NCBI RefSeq assembly: GCF_000619845.1
Contig: NZ_JHUX01000003.1
Location: 310,064 to 342,063 of the forward strand
Direction: 5' to 3'
Length of the DNA: 32,000 bases
Origin: Alkanindiges illinoisensis DSM 15370
GTDB lineage: Bacteria > Pseudomonadota > Gammaproteobacteria > Pseudomonadales > Moraxellaceae
Shown here one piece after another: positions 31,230 to 32,000 of this stretch. Each line of letters starts with the position of its first letter. The stretch's first letter is position 1. The notes under the pieces are model-generated. The model did no database searches, was not told the origin of the DNA, and saw nothing but the letters and a program-made list of their open reading frames with translations. A program made the translations under genes and the position numbers.

Positions 31230-32000
31230 ATGAAAGCACTTTTCTCCCGCCATTTGCTGGCGGCCGCCATTTTTACCAGTGCGCTTGGACTAACTGCCTG
31301 TGGTAGCGACAATGATTCGTCAGATAGCTATCAAAACAGCAGAATTTATTTGAGTGAAACCACCTATAGCCACAATCAGGGTGATTATAAAATTACCAAT
31401 GCCAATAGCATTAAGGTGATGAGCTATAACATGCCGGGTGTAGCAGGCAAAGATGTAAAAGCAACGGCCATGGTGATGACACCCAAAGGCGAAAAACCGA
31501 AGGATGGCTGGCGTGTGGTGGTATGGGCGCATGGGACAGTAGGTGTGGGTGATAGTTGTGCACCCAGCAATAATGAATTTACCAATAACCGCTTTTCAGC
31601 CATGGCAGATCAGTTGCTGGCTGAAGGCTACATGATTGTTGCTCCTGATTATGAAGGTCTGGGTACGCCGGGTATTCATCCCTACCTGAATCTGCAAAGT
31701 GAAGCCAAATCTGCTATTTATGCAGTCAATGCAGTAAAAGAGCATTATAAGACTGATATTCAGGGCAACTGGATGTCGGTAGGGCAGTCGCAAGGTGGCC
31801 ATGCGGTACTGGGTATTTCCCAGTATGCAGCCAATGATGCCAGCTATAAGGGTACAGTGGCTGGAGCACCTGCTTCCAGTTTAGGGTATATCATTACTCA
31901 GGTTGCACCGACGGCATTACAGAATCTGGTGAATAACGGCCAACCGGAAGTAGCTATTGAAGCCTATGCCGAGCTACTAGCCTATGCAGCGTATACCGCT
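31230..32000 (+). CDS. Lipoprotein alpha/beta-hydrolase, secretory-lipase (LIP)-like; 3' end beyond the window
   Basis: This ORF is not in the ORF track because it has no stop in the window. ATG 31230 gives MKALFSRHLLAAAIFTSALGLTACGSD, with lipobox LTAC. It continues WRVVVWAHGTVGVGDSCAPS...APDYEGLGTPGIHPYL...GQSQGGHA (a GxSxG nucleophile elbow). The frame is open through nt 32000. Confidence 0.8.
   Translation, partial: MKALFSRHLLAAAIFTSALGLTACGSDNDSSDSYQNSRIYLSETTYSHNQGDYKITNANSIKVMSYNMPGVAGKDVKATAMVMTPKGEKPKDGWRVVVWAHGTVGVGDSCAPSNNEFTNNRFSAMADQLLAEGYMIVAPDYEGLGTPGIHPYLNLQSEAKSAIYAVNAVKEHYKTDIQGNWMSVGQSQGGHAVLGISQYAANDASYKGTVAGAPASSLGYIITQVAPTALQNLVNNGQPEVAIEAYAELLAYAAYTA

Noticed and set aside
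1-32000. A scan for CRISPR arrays, rRNA and tRNA genes, and recognisable defence-system genes in the prophage accessory positions.
   Set aside because: No regularly spaced direct repeats with unique spacers were found. There is no rRNA-like or cloverleaf-forming sequence. No large nuclease-, ATPase- or methyltransferase-type ORFs lie between the lysis genes and int. That gap holds only terminators and the small-RNA candidate.

Overview
The window looks like a Moraxellaceae/Acinetobacter-type chromosome segment. That assignment, and every family call below, comes from remembered motifs; no search was run.

- **1-14.1 kb:** the late end of a siphovirus-like prophage. It holds a tape-measure C-terminus, about 11 co-directional tail-tip, baseplate and fiber ORFs, one clear tail fiber, and a lysis cassette ending in a GH24 endolysin. 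Four intrinsic terminators interrupt the string.
- **14.5-15.9 kb (minus strand):** a P4-type (DUF4102) tyrosine integrase overlapping a 73-aa Cys-rich ORF by 8 nt. A repeat-rich probable att/arm region follows.
- **16.3-18.6 kb:** a ybiI-like TraR/DksA zinc-finger gene, then glnA with two NtrC-type boxes and a sigma-54 promoter.
- **18.55-22.7 kb:** a direct repeat of about 325 bp brackets a BVMO-SDR-TetR cassette. Each copy holds the last ~14 nt of glnA, its terminator and the 5' end of a decayed P4-type integrase. This looks like tandem island accretion at the glnA 3' end.
- **23.2-26.7 kb:** a DUF1852 (MesX-like) gene, a short core MetE-like methionine synthase (MesD-like), a flavin reductase and a TauE permease. 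This is the most interesting system in the window.
- **26.7-27.8 kb:** an internally deleted IS1595-family element with perfect 16-bp inverted repeats. It abuts a LysR C-terminal stub and a truncated CHR-family gene.
- **28.1-32.0 kb:** a DUF4124 protein, ubiC, ubiA, a disordered acidic protein and a lipoprotein hydrolase that runs off the window.

I saw no rRNA, tRNA or CRISPR array.
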